Under the pieces are notes generated by a model that worked only from the letters and a program-made list of their open reading frames with translations, was not told the origin of the DNA and made no database searches. This document shows, piece after piece, positions 35,836-45,599 of a stretch of DNA of 56,227 nt. The position numbers and the translations under genes are program-made. Source of the stretch: Armatimonadia bacterium (GTDB taxonomy: Bacteria > Armatimonadota > Zipacnadia > Zipacnadales > UBA11051). The number at the start of each line of letters is the position of its first letter. Within the stretch, counting starts at the first letter, position 1. The stretch covers positions 1-56,227 of the forward strand of contig JBDKRC010000062.1 of assembly GCA_039683575.1 (NCBI GenBank), read 5' to 3'.

Positions 35836-38749
35836 CCGCTTCCTCCTGTACTCCGTCTTGTGGAGTTATCGGTGTCGCTGAGCTCTGTTGCGGCTTTTCT
35901 GCCTGAGGCGAAGAGAGCCGCCAGCGCTTGAGAGGTAGAATGACAAGCTGTCCCACCACGAGAGGCAGCAGGCTCATGCCGAGGGCCACCAGCAGGCCCA
36001 TCGTCCCCGGATTGACCAGGTCCAGTACGTTCGCCAGGACCGGCAACTTGAGCGCCATCACGAGCAGGCCGCCGCATAGCGCAATTGCGCCCCATATATA
36101 CTTGTTGCCGACGATGTCATTGCGCCACCAGTTCGAGTTCGGGTCCCGCAGGTTGAAGACGTGCCAGAGCTGGGCCACAGCGAGGGTCAGAAACGACACC
36201 GTGATGGCCTCATGCTCCGGCAAGCGGAGCCAGAACATGGACAATCCCAGCGCCCCCAGCACGCCTACGGTGATAGTGAAGCCGAAGATGACGATGTCGA
36301 TCCAGTGTCGTCTGGCGAGGATGGGCTCGTGGGGGTCTCGCGGCGGCCGCCGCATGATGCCCGGCTCACCTTCGCCTACGCCCAGAGCCAGCGCCGGGAA
36401 CACGTCGGTAACGAGGTTGAGGAAGAGAATCTGCAGGGGCAGGATGGGGAGCGGTGCATCAACGACGGAAGCCAACGTGACCGTCATGATCTCCGCCACG
36501 TTGCATGAGAGCAGATAGAGCACGAAGCGACGGATGTTGCGGAAGATGACGCGCCCCTGCTCGATGGCGTAGATGATGGTATTGAACGAATCGTCCAGCA
36601 GGATCATATCGGCCGCTTCCTTGGCCACCTGCGTCCCCCGCAGGCCCATTGCGACCCCGATGTCCGCTTTTTCCAGCGCTGGCGCGTCGTTCACGCCGTC
36701 ACCAGTCATTGCCACTATGGAATCCCGCTGTTGGTGAAGCCCGATCAGGTCGAGTTTCTGGCGCGGGCTGACGCGGGCAAAGATGCTGGTGCCCAGCAGG
36801 CGCCCCTTATCCTCAGCCGACCATTCCTCCGCGGGCGGCAGGTCGGTGCCTGTGATGGGGGCAGTATCGTGCTCCTGAACCAGCCCGACCGCTTTTGCCA
36901 CCTGCTGGGCCGTGGTGGCTTGATCCCCGGTCATCATGATGACCCGCACCCCAGCCATGCGGGCCAGGCGCAGGGCCTCGGTGACTTCCTGCCGGGGGGG
37001 ATCCTGCAGGCCGATCAGCGCCACCAGCGCCAATCCCTCGTATGGGGGCTCCTCTGGGTCGTCGACGTACTTTTGTGCCGCTGCGACCATCCGCAGGCCT
37101 TCGCGCCCAAGCTCCTCATTGCGGCTCATCCAGGAGCGGCGCGCGTCGTCATCCAGCGGAACCTCTCCCTCGGCCGTCAAGACGTGCTCGCAGCGGCTGA
37201 GCACACGCTCCGGCGCGCCCTTGACCGCCACCAGCACCCGCCTGCCGTCCCCGTGGTAGGTGGCCATCATTTTGAGGTCAGGATCGAATGGCTCCTGGCG
37301 CACGAGTGGGTAGTGTTCGAGTAGATGGGGCTTCTCCAGTTCCGCACGCGCCGCCGCAACCAGCAGCGCCACCTCCAGTGGGTCGCCCACCGCCCCGGAC
37401 ACCCGCCCCTGCGGACCGTCGTGGAGCCCCGCCGTGTTGCACAGGGCTCCAAGCATCAGCGTCTGCCGCAGTAGCGGGTCGCCGGCGGCCTCGATGGCAA
37501 CACCATCTCGGACGAACGAGCCGTCTGTCTCAAAGGCGCCCCCGGTCACCGAGTAATCCCCTTCCGCCGTAACTACGCGGCGCACTGTCATGCGATTCTC
37601 GGTCAGAGTTCCAGTTTTGTCGGTGCACACGACGCTGGTCGCTCCGAGGGTCTCTACCGCTGACAGCCTGCTGATGAGCGCATTGCGCCTTGCCATGCGC
37701 CACATACCCCGGGCGAGCGCCGTCGTGGCCACAATCGGCAGACCCTCGGGAATCGTCGCGACTGCGAGAGCGAGGCCCGTCTCAATCATGAGCAGGACCG
37801 CGCGCCCCTGCATGAGACCCAGTGCAATGATCGCGGCCGCAATGACCAGAGTGATCCAGACCAGCCTTTGCCCAAGAGCATCCAGACGCTCCTCAAGCGG
37901 TGTTGCATCTTGCTCGGCCTCGGCGATCATCTCGGAAACCTGGCCAAGCTCCGTGGCGAGGCCGACTGCGGTCACGACCGCCTCCCCCGAGCCACGATTC
38001 AGGGCAGTCCCCCGGTATAGCATGCTCGTCCGCTCGGCCAGCGGCGTACCAACTGCCACCGGCGGCTCATGCTTGGCGACTGGGTCGGATTCCCCGGTGA
38101 GGGTAGATTCATCTGCCTGGAGCCTGGAGGCGCTCACAATTCGTGCGTCGGCACTGAGAACCTGCCCAGCCTCCAGGACCAGAATGTCCCCCGGTACGAC
38201 CTCCTCAGCCGTGATCTGCTGTAGCTGGCCGTGACGGCGGACGGTCGCCGGGACCGTCCCCAGGTCCCGGAGCGCCTCCATGGAGCGCACGGCGCGGATC
38301 TCAGTGAAGAAACCAATCGCGGTGTTGATGACGATGACGATGAGCACAGCAACGCCCTCAACCACAGCGTGGCTGAAGAAGGAAACCAGCGCTGCGACAG
38401 CGAGCAGGGCGATGATCAGACTGCGGAATTGGTGGAGAAGAATGCCCCAGGCGCTCTTCGGCTTGGCTTGAGCGAGGCAGTTGGTGCCATAGCGGTCACG
38501 GCGGCTTAGCACCTCATCGCGGGAAAGCCCCAACTCGGCCGAGGTGTCCAGCTCTGCGGCGACGTCCTGCCAGTTCCGCGCCCACGGCTGAGCAGGCAGG
38601 AGGGCGAGCAACTCCCCCCCGTCGGGGGGGATGCTGCATTCGAGCTTGCGTGTTTGAACGCCGGGGTGAGAAGAAAGGCTGGGGGGCGGTTGCGAATCAC
38701 TCACGGTACCGCTATTGACGCCCCGGGGCAGGGGAAGGTGCGGTAGCAA
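35786..38749 (-). CDS. Cation-transporting P-type ATPase (type IIA, Ca2+-type)
   Basis: TGES, IPEGLP, CTDKTGTLT, KGAPE, DPPR, MTGD, TGDGVNDAPAL, LNLVTD. True start may be about 50 codons downstream. Confidence 0.95.
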   Translation of the reverse strand: MLPHLPLPRGVNSGTVSDSQPPPSLSSHPGVQTRKLECSIPPDGGELLALLPAQPWARNWQDVAAELDTSAELGLSRDEVLSRRDRYGTNCLAQAKPKSAWGILLHQFRSLIIALLAVAALVSFFSHAVVEGVAVLIVIVINTAIGFFTEIRAVRSMEALRDLGTVPATVRRHGQLQQITAEEVVPGDILVLEAGQVLSADARIVSASRLQADESTLTGESDPVAKHEPPVAVGTPLAERTSMLYRGTALNRGSGEAVVTAVGLATELGQVSEMIAEAEQDATPLEERLDALGQRLVWITLVIAAAIIALGLMQGRAVLLMIETGLALAVATIPEGLPIVATTALARGMWRMARRNALISRLSAVETLGATSVVCTDKTGTLTENRMTVRRVVTAEGDYSVTGGAFETDGSFVRDGVAIEAAGDPLLRQTLMLGALCNTAGLHDGPQGRVSGAVGDPLEVALLVAAARAELEKPHLLEHYPLVRQEPFDPDLKMMATYHGDGRRVLVAVKGAPERVLSRCEHVLTAEGEVPLDDDARRSWMSRNEELGREGLRMVAAAQKYVDDPEEPPYEGLALVALIGLQDPPRQEVTEALRLARMAGVRVIMMTGDQATTAQQVAKAVGLVQEHDTAPITGTDLPPAEEWSAEDKGRLLGTSIFARVSPRQKLDLIGLHQQRDSIVAMTGDGVNDAPALEKADIGVAMGLRGTQVAKEAADMILLDDSFNTIIYAIEQGRVIFRNIRRFVLYLLSCNVAEIMTVTLASVVDAPLPILPLQILFLNLVTDVFPALALGVGEGEPGIMRRPPRDPHEPILARRHWIDIVIFGFTITVGVLGALGLSMFWLRLPEHEAITVSFLTLAVAQLWHVFNLRDPNSNWWRNDIVGNKYIWGAIALCGGLLVMALKLPVLANVLDLVNPGTMGLLVALGMSLLPLVVGQLVILPLKRWRLSSPQAEKPQQSSATPITPQDGVQEEADGDFDTRRSPRTNCRT

Positions 38750-38775
38750 CAGAGTTGGGTGAAGCGCCCATATCC

Positions 38776-38799
38776 GCGTAGTGCGGGCGTCTCGCCCGC
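38776..38799 (+). repeat. Single GTAG REP with TCT-loop hairpin
   Basis: GCGTAGTGCGGGCGTCTCGCCCGC. Confidence 0.65.
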
Positions 38800-38815
38800 T
38801 CGGAAAGGAGGGATG

Positions 38816-40132
38816 CTATCTCACATGATGCCGGGAGCGCTTCCAGCGCCATGGCTCATGGAAGTCATACAGCCGGCGGTACAGATCCTGCGCCAGATCG
38901 ACGTTCTGGCGGATCACGTTGCTCTCTTCGCGAGGGTCCTGCGGCAGGTTGAACAGCTCATCAGGCTTCTTCCCGCGGTTGTCTATGAATTTCCAACCAT
39001 CCTCGGTCACAACCCCGCCGTTGTAGTTGAACGCTCCCAGGAAGAGATACTCCCTGACGCGCTCCTCTTCGCCCTGCATCACGGGGAGCAGGCTCTTGCC
39101 CTCAGGCTCAAACGGCGGCTCGAGCCCCGCCGCGGCGCAAAGCGTAGGCAGCATGTCGAGGTTCTGCGTGAGGGCCGAGGTGCGGGCGCCGGCGGGGAGC
39201 TTCCCAGGCCAGCGGTACAGGCAGATAGGATGCGACAGTTCCTCGTACAGGGGGTAGTTGAACTTGCGGATGCTCCCATGTTCACCCAGCGGCACGCCAT
39301 GGTCGGAAAGCAGGACCAGAAGCGTATCCTCGGTGAGGTCGAGGTCATCCAGCCGCGCCAGAATTCGCCCTACATAGTGGTCCGTCTCGGTCGCGCAGGC
39401 ATTCACAAGCGCATGCACGTGCTCAAGGTCCCCCGGCCGCACCCAGTCCATCTCCGGCCCCATCGGGAAGGGAATGTAGCGCCCCTCATACCCGCCGGCC
39501 GGCCCGGCAGGATACATGCTCCGATACGGCTCCGGCGCGTCCCAGGGCTCGTGCGGGTTGAAGCTGTCTATCCACAGGAAGAAGCGCTCGTTGCGGTGCT
39601 CGCCGAGCCACTTCTCGACCGAGTCAGTCATCAACTCCGGCAGATACTTGCCATATTTCTGCATGCAGTATGCGCGGTTGGTCTTCGTGTTCGGGTAGAA
39701 GCGGTATTCCTTCTCCGGAAAGCCCGGAGCGAGATACGCGTCATCGGCGGGCAGTCGCGGCTGGTCGTCGATTGGCGGGAGGCACTTGCCCATCGCGAAG
39801 TGGTTGAACTCATCAAAGCCGCGATCCATGTGAGCGCCGTTGTTGAAAGGCGTGTCGGAGAAGGCAGCCGTCCGATAGCCGGCCTCCTGGAAAAGCTCCG
39901 CGATATGAGGGTCACTCGGCTCTAAAGCCTTCCAGGGCCGGTTGGTGAAGGTGTAGATGCCTCCGACGAGCGCTGTACGGGCGGGAATTGTGTTTGGAAA
40001 CTCCGAATAGAAGCGCTCGAGGACTACGCCTTGTGTAGCGAGATTGTCAATTTCGGGGGTGCGGACGGGAGAGCCATAGCAGCCGACCTTGTCATGGCGA
40101 AGGCTATCGAGGACCATCACGACGATGTTCAC
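38816..40132 (-). CDS. Sulfatase-fold (alkaline phosphatase superfamily) hydrolase with TIPAR signature
   Basis: NIVVMVLDSLR, TPEID, T-I-P-A-R, PHEPW, SDHG, DMLPT, ELFNLPQDPRE; no signal peptide. Confidence 0.88.
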   Translation of the reverse strand: MNIVVMVLDSLRHDKVGCYGSPVRTPEIDNLATQGVVLERFYSEFPNTIPARTALVGGIYTFTNRPWKALEPSDPHIAELFQEAGYRTAAFSDTPFNNGAHMDRGFDEFNHFAMGKCLPPIDDQPRLPADDAYLAPGFPEKEYRFYPNTKTNRAYCMQKYGKYLPELMTDSVEKWLGEHRNERFFLWIDSFNPHEPWDAPEPYRSMYPAGPAGGYEGRYIPFPMGPEMDWVRPGDLEHVHALVNACATETDHYVGRILARLDDLDLTEDTLLVLLSDHGVPLGEHGSIRKFNYPLYEELSHPICLYRWPGKLPAGARTSALTQNLDMLPTLCAAAGLEPPFEPEGKSLLPVMQGEEERVREYLFLGAFNYNGGVVTEDGWKFIDNRGKKPDELFNLPQDPREESNVIRQNVDLAQDLYRRLYDFHEPWRWKRSRHHVR

Positions 40133-40231
40133 GACGAAGACTCCAATCTTGGTTACGGTGTCCCCAGCGTCCAGAACGTCCTGCCAATTCGATCTGACAA
40201 GCGGAAGGGCTCTCCATCTGGCCCTTCGCGA

Positions 40232-41137
40232 CTACAGCCTCGCCAGCCCCAGCAGCACCACGCCCACCACTCCTGCCAATAGTCCCAACGCAATCGTCTT
40301 ACCGAACTTCCGGACGCTGATCTCACGGAAGATGATGATTCCGCATGCCACTGTGACGATTGTGTTCAGGTTGGTGAAGGGCCACACGATAGCGAGCCCG
40401 ATGCGACGGATGGCCTCGGCCATGACGATCACTGCCGCCACCCATAGCACGCCGCAGAGCGCGGCGTACAGGTGGTCGGAAAGCCGCGTCCGTACCCATC
40501 CCCGCCAGTCCCCGTCCACCACCGCGAAGGCCGCGATTGCCCCCGCCAGCGTCCCGAGTCCCATATACGCCACCAGCGTGACGGTGTCAAGCCCGCCTTG
40601 CTGGGCGAGCTTGAAAGGAGCCGTGTACATCGCAAAGAACACCGCCGCGGCAAGGGCGGCGATTATACCTCGCGCCGTGATATTGCTGCGGCGCGCGTCA
40701 TTCTCTCCGGTGTGGCCGATGATGACCGCGCAGACCATCACAAATACTGCGCCAGCCAGCGCTGGCAGTGGCCGCGTCTCCCGCCATTCCCCAAAATACG
40801 CCAGCCCGATCACCGTACCCAGTACGGCCGTCGTATTCTTGATGGGCGTAGCCAGCGCCAGGCCCATCTCAGTGACTGACATGGTATAAAACAGCACGCC
40901 CAGGTACCAGATCGGCCCGCACAGGAACGCCAAGGCAACGGGCAGGTGGAGTTTGGGGTCGAAAACCAGTGGCACGCCATGGATCAGCAGGCTCGTGAGC
41001 GTGGTCGACACCACCACGCCCACGCACATGCTGAGTACAAACGGCAGGTCCCGCAGCGTCGTGAGCTTGCGCGGTACCATGTACAGTCCAAAAAGAACAA
41101 GGGCTGCAAAAGCCAGCCCGTAGCCATACCAATCCAT
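40232..41137 (-). CDS. GRP/DMT-superfamily sugar transporter
   Basis: About 10 hydrophobic helices in two repeats; FGLYMVPRK, GLALATP, YFGEW, GLAIVWP, IFRE. Confidence 0.8.
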   Translation of the reverse strand: MDWYGYGLAFAALVLFGLYMVPRKLTTLRDLPFVLSMCVGVVVSTTLTSLLIHGVPLVFDPKLHLPVALAFLCGPIWYLGVLFYTMSVTEMGLALATPIKNTTAVLGTVIGLAYFGEWRETRPLPALAGAVFVMVCAVIIGHTGENDARRSNITARGIIAALAAAVFFAMYTAPFKLAQQGGLDTVTLVAYMGLGTLAGAIAAFAVVDGDWRGWVRTRLSDHLYAALCGVLWVAAVIVMAEAIRRIGLAIVWPFTNLNTIVTVACGIIIFREISVRKFGKTIALGLLAGVVGVVLLGLARL

Positions 41138-41162
41138 CTTGAAAACCTGCTACACACAATAA

Positions 41163-41196
41163 GCCGGGACGAGGCAATGCTTGCCATCGTCCCGGC
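41163..41196 (-). terminator. Probable intrinsic terminator
   Basis: GCCGGGACGA-GGCAA / TTGCC-A-TCGTCCCGGC stem, followed on the minus strand by TTATTGTGT. Confidence 0.6.
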
Positions 41197-41240
41197 CCCT
41201 ATGATACCACTCCGTCCAACGCCGCGCTACTCCCTCAGCC

Positions 41241-44200
41241 TCACTGGTCCAGCCGCACCTCGTCGCCTACCCCATATTCATAGATTGTCCACTCGCCATT
41301 CTCTCCCAGCGCCTGCTTGAGCTTCTGCGCCGGAACCTTCTCACACAGGTACACATCGTTAATCCCCGGATCATGCAAGAGCCCCCACGCCTGGTAGGGA
41401 AAGCCCATGACGCCACGGACCTTGTAGTCCACACCCGGCTTGCCATTCTCCAGGTGCCCGCCATAGTAATAACAGTCGCTATAGTCGAGCCTGCCGTCGA
41501 TCTTGCACAACCCCGCCAGCGGCATGGCGATCTCCGGGCCATTCTTGATGAGCCCATCCTCGAAGCCCACGGCGATCCCCTCGCCGATGTTGCCGGAGGA
41601 ATCCAGCGTCAGCAGCACCTTCCCGCGCCCTGCCGCCTCTGCAGCCTTGATCGTGTAGCTGCACAGCCGGTCGCCGTGGTTGTCCACGACCAGCCGCCGC
41701 CCCTTCAGGCTATCCAGCGGCGGCAAAGTCCCCTCTACCATGGTGTTGCGCTTGCCACGGTCCACACTCACGATCTTGCCGGGCTTGTAGACCGGCCGGG
41801 TCACCTGCTGCGTCCCGCAGGTCAGCCTGCTGCCACCAGCCAGATGCAAGGTCACCTTGCCCTCACGCTCCCGCACCAGCCCGAACTTGCCTGTAAGCGT
41901 CATCTTACCACACCGCAACGAGTCGGTCTCCGAAGCGTTGGCCAAAATGACATCCCGCCCGCCTGGTACCGCAATCTCAAGCGCGAATGGCGGATACGCA
42001 GGCTTCCCCACTGCCTCGCAAGGCAACGCCCTGATCGCTCCCACAAACCTCTCACCCAGGTACCCATCAATGACCGTCACAAACTGCGACTGCAGCGCCT
42101 TCCCGTCCTTCGCCTCCCGATGCGGCAACGCCCACTGCAGCACACTCTTCTCCGGCGCTATCGGCGCTCCACCCCGCGCCGTGATGAGTTCACTCTCACC
42201 CAGCGGCACAAAGCTCAGCCGCACGTGCAGCTTGTCCTCGGTCGCATAGTCAAAGTCCACGCTGGTCAGGGGCTGCATCGGGCCTCGCGCCACGTCCTTC
42301 AGGTAGCAGTACGGGTCCCACCGCTCCTTGCCTGAAGCGTCCTTGTACTTCTGCCCGTACTCTACGTTCTCCCCTGCCAGCGTCCCCTTCGCCTGCTTCA
42401 CCAGCGCCGCGCCCTCGATTGTGACCGGCGTGGGCGTGTAGCCCCCATGCCAACTCTGCAGGTGGTCATTGCCGCCAGTCACGCGGAATACGTCCACTGC
42501 GTACCACTGCTCCGGCCCCAGGTCAATCAGCGCCGTCAGACGTCGGTAGTCGGTAACGTCCGGCCCCTTCTCTCCGCGCGGCTCATGCTTGCGGTAGGGC
42601 CGCTTGCTCATCTCCATGACCTGCACGTCCGGCCCCGGCGACCACAGCGTCAGCGACCCCAGCACGGTCGAGCAGGGCTTTTCATCCCGGTCCACCACCA
42701 CGGTGTTGTGCGTGAGCAGGCTCCATTCCCACGCCGCGGCGAGGTTCCATGACTGCGGGTAGCCGATGTTCGGCAGCAAGTCCCGTCCAAACCCGAACAG
42801 GCCCAGCATCAGCGGGTCATAATGCGCATGTCCCCGCACTCCGCCATAGAAGACGGTCGCGTCGCGCCGATCCTTGCCAGCCCCGCTGCGCAGGATGCCG
42901 AGGCCGTAGCCGTCGAGGAACTCCGAGGGGCGGTCGGTCCGGCCCAGCCGCGGCGTCTTGCTGATCTCCGGCGATCCCCCATCCCCGATGCAGATCGTAT
43001 AGGCCCCGCCCAGCGCAGTGATGGCGGGCGTGTAGATCTCCGATAGGTTCTTGAGCTTCTCGTTCTGGCGGATGTCGGGATAGCGCTTGAGGTCCATCTG
43101 CTCCGGTGCCAGCGCCCGCAGCCGCTCGACAATCTCCCCGGCCCTCACGAACCCATAGCGCGCCGCGTTGTAGCCCGTGGACTCAAAGCTCGAACCGTCC
43201 TTGTAGAACTGGTTGCCGACGGTCCTGAGCCGCCCGCCCCCGTAGTAGAGCCATTCCAGGCAGTCCTTCGAGTTCGGCCGCTTCTCCCCGAAGTCCACCA
43301 GCAGCAGTGCCAGGTTCGCCATGCTCTCCTGCGCCCAGCCGGTGTTTGGCTGGATGGCCTTGTCTATGATCGCCTGTATCCCCGGTCGGAACAGCCGGTC
43401 CTCGATGAAGAGCCGGATGTCCTGCCCGCTCTTGAGCTCGGGGATGTGTGTCCGTGCAAAGGCCAGCAGCTCCGTATCCCCGTCGATGGTCTCAAAGATC
43501 TCGTCATAGCAGGTCGCGCTGGCATTCAGTGCCCCCGCCGACCACACTACATCCGTGATCATGCCCGCATACTTGCCATACCCCGGCAGGTAGGTCCGCT
43601 GCTTGCGGTCAGTCCCATTCGGGTACTCAAAGGCCTCCTTGAGCAGGCAGACCGCCGCCTTGTGCGCATAGCGCTTATCCCCGGTGGCAAGGTACGCATG
43701 CCCGAACGACTTGATCGCCGGCTGCAGCATCGTGTTGTACGCGTAGTGGCTGTACAGGCCGATGAAATGGTAGAGACAGCCCTTGTCGTTATAGCCGTTG
43801 CCGTCGTCGGGGTACTTCCCTGAGGTCATGTCCCCCGCAGCGAAGTCGTTGCTCGGGTAGGTCTCCCCGCCGATGGGGCACTTGAGCTTGTACGGCATCG
43901 TCTCGACATCAACAATCCACGGGTAGTAGGCGTTGACGCTGTAGATCTCCTGCCCATGCACCGGGCAGCCGGCCTTGGGGTTGCGGAAGTTGTCGTTGCC
44001 CACCGTGGTACAGCGCACTATGGTCGTACTCGGCATCGTGGCCCAGAACCACTCGTCCGGCTTCTCAACCCACTTCTCAGCCGGGGCATTGCCCACGGCT
44101 GCAGTGAATGGCCGGCTGTCGCCCTTCAAAGCCAGGTTGCGGAAGTTCACATCAGTCTTGCACGCGGCAACTCGCTCCGGCGTCAGCATCGTCCGCTGGG

Positions 44201-44279
44201 TCTTCACAGGCGCCTCCGCATGGGCCTGCAGTGCAGGCAGCAAAGCCCCCAAGAGCACCAGAACCCGCATTCTGCTCAT
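41241..44279 (-). CDS. Secreted heparinase II/III-like polysaccharide lyase
   Basis: Signal peptide MSRMRVLVLLGALLPALQAHA; DGSSFESTGY, GHAHYD, LLPNIGYP, THNTVVVD, YAVDVFRVTGG; AGGA 8 nt before ATG 44279. Confidence 0.8.
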   Translation of the reverse strand: MSRMRVLVLLGALLPALQAHAEAPVKTQRTMLTPERVAACKTDVNFRNLALKGDSRPFTAAVGNAPAEKWVEKPDEWFWATMPSTTIVRCTTVGNDNFRNPKAGCPVHGQEIYSVNAYYPWIVDVETMPYKLKCPIGGETYPSNDFAAGDMTSGKYPDDGNGYNDKGCLYHFIGLYSHYAYNTMLQPAIKSFGHAYLATGDKRYAHKAAVCLLKEAFEYPNGTDRKQRTYLPGYGKYAGMITDVVWSAGALNASATCYDEIFETIDGDTELLAFARTHIPELKSGQDIRLFIEDRLFRPGIQAIIDKAIQPNTGWAQESMANLALLLVDFGEKRPNSKDCLEWLYYGGGRLRTVGNQFYKDGSSFESTGYNAARYGFVRAGEIVERLRALAPEQMDLKRYPDIRQNEKLKNLSEIYTPAITALGGAYTICIGDGGSPEISKTPRLGRTDRPSEFLDGYGLGILRSGAGKDRRDATVFYGGVRGHAHYDPLMLGLFGFGRDLLPNIGYPQSWNLAAAWEWSLLTHNTVVVDRDEKPCSTVLGSLTLWSPGPDVQVMEMSKRPYRKHEPRGEKGPDVTDYRRLTALIDLGPEQWYAVDVFRVTGGNDHLQSWHGGYTPTPVTIEGAALVKQAKGTLAGENVEYGQKYKDASGKERWDPYCYLKDVARGPMQPLTSVDFDYATEDKLHVRLSFVPLGESELITARGGAPIAPEKSVLQWALPHREAKDGKALQSQFVTVIDGYLGERFVGAIRALPCEAVGKPAYPPFALEIAVPGGRDVILANASETDSLRCGKMTLTGKFGLVREREGKVTLHLAGGSRLTCGTQQVTRPVYKPGKIVSVDRGKRNTMVEGTLPPLDSLKGRRLVVDNHGDRLCSYTIKAAEAAGRGKVLLTLDSSGNIGEGIAVGFEDGLIKNGPEIAMPLAGLCKIDGRLDYSDCYYYGGHLENGKPGVDYKVRGVMGFPYQAWGLLHDPGINDVYLCEKVPAQKLKQALGENGEWTIYEYGVGDEVRLDQ

Positions 44280-44293
44280 CACGCACATCCTGT

Positions 44294-45013
44294 CTAGAGG
44301 CGTTTTCTTCCGAACCTCAGCCGCCATGGGAGCAGCATCGCTTCGAACATGATCGCCTTGGAAAGCTTCGATTTTCCGTATTGCCGGTCGGCAAAGATGA
44401 TCGGCACCTCGAGCACCCGCGCCCCCGCCCGCACGCAGCGGTACAACACCTCCACCAGGAAGCCGTAGCCCTGCGTCGCGGTCTCGAGCATTCCCGACCG
44501 CTGCACCAGCTCCGCGCGGTACCCGCGATAGCCAGTCGTGCAGTCATGCTGCCTCAGGCCCAGGATCGTGCGGGCATAGAAGCTCCCAAACCGCGAAAGC
44601 AGCCGGCGGAACAACCCCCAGTTCAGCGTCCCGCCCCCCGGGACATACCGCGACCCCAGCACCATGTCATACTCCAGCAGCCCCTGCAGGATCGCCGGCA
44701 ACACCGCCGGGTCGTGCGAGAGATCGGCATCCATGGTCAGCAGCCGCTGCGCCCCCCACTCTATGGCCTGCTGCATTCCCTGAATATGCGCGCTCGCATA
44801 CCCGCTCTTGCGCGGCCGGTGCATGACCTTCACCCACTGATGCTCACGGGCAAACTCATCCACCCACTCCCCGGTCCCGTCAGGCGAATCGTCATCCACC
44901 ACGATCACCGTCAGCCCGGGAGCGTTCTCATCGATAAGCGGCAGCACGAGCGGGAGGTTCTCGCGCTCGTTGAAAGTGGCGATAGTGACGTAGGCGTCGG
45001 TGTAATCAGGCAT
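44294..45013 (-). CDS. GT2 polyprenol monophosphomannose synthase-like glycosyltransferase
   Basis: TFNERENL, VDDDSPDGT, MDADLSHDP, GSRYVPGG, DCTTGYR, EVPIIFADRQYGKSKL. Confidence 0.92.
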   Translation of the reverse strand: MPDYTDAYVTIATFNERENLPLVLPLIDENAPGLTVIVVDDDSPDGTGEWVDEFAREHQWVKVMHRPRKSGYASAHIQGMQQAIEWGAQRLLTMDADLSHDPAVLPAILQGLLEYDMVLGSRYVPGGGTLNWGLFRRLLSRFGSFYARTILGLRQHDCTTGYRGYRAELVQRSGMLETATQGYGFLVEVLYRCVRAGARVLEVPIIFADRQYGKSKLSKAIMFEAMLLPWRLRFGRKRL

Positions 45014-45054
45014 ACGCGCGCTCTCTTTGGCATTTGGACGTTAGCCATACCTTG

Positions 45055-45148
45055 TTCCCCTCCGTCACATTGTCCACCTTTGGCCACCTTCGGCCCTCCC
45101 CAATCCCTCCCCCGAACACCGGCAGGTGACTATGTGCCTAATGAGGAA
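45055..45148. promoter_or_regulatory. Back-to-back putative alternative-sigma promoters
   Basis: Minus strand AAAGG-N18-GGAA (45081-45055) points to GT2; plus strand GCAGG-N18-GGAA (45122-45148) points to the VOC-like gene. Confidence 0.5.
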
Positions 45149-45194
45149 CAACCCCCCGCATACCCACGTTCCGGTCACACAGGGAGGCCATTTC

Positions 45195-45539
45195 ATGCGC
45201 AAGTTCCATCACTTCGGTCTACCGACCGATCAGAAACAGCCGGATGAGACGTACGTCGCAGCCACGAAGGTGTACGTCACCGACCCGATGAAGCACCCCC
45301 AGAAGATCGAGTTCCTGCGCTACGAGCCTGACACCCCGGTCACAAACGCCGTCCGCACCATGCCCCACATCGCCTTCGCGACCGGCGACATGGCCCCCGA
45401 GATCGAGGGCTGCCCGGTCCTGCTTGGGCCCTTCGAGGCCATGCCCGGTCTGAGGGTCGTCTTCGTCGAGAAGGACGGCGCGGTCATGGAGTTCATGGAG
45501 TTCGCGCCGGGCATGGACTGGGGCACCGCAGACAGTTAG
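45195..45539 (+). CDS. Small VOC/glyoxalase-like protein
   Basis: GGAGG RBS; FHHFG, IEFL, PHIAF, VVFVEKDGAVMEFME (His/Glu VOC metal-ligand pattern). Confidence 0.7.
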   Translation: MRKFHHFGLPTDQKQPDETYVAATKVYVTDPMKHPQKIEFLRYEPDTPVTNAVRTMPHIAFATGDMAPEIEGCPVLLGPFEAMPGLRVVFVEKDGAVMEFMEFAPGMDWGTADS

Positions 45540-45552
45540 TATCCGGAACTTT

Positions 45553-45584
45553 TTGTAGACTTGATAGGTCTACAATATTATGAT
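45553..45584 (+). promoter_or_regulatory. TA operon promoter with overlapping palindromic operator
   Basis: TAGACT-N17-TATGAT (45556-45584); inverted repeat TTGTAGAC-N7-GTCTACAA (45553-45575). Confidence 0.8.
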
Positions 45585-45599
45585 AGCAATAGGTGGGGG

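Noticed and set aside
40158..40184. GCAGG upstream of the sulfatase-fold gene as another promoter-motif copy
   Set aside because: No GAA at the required spacing
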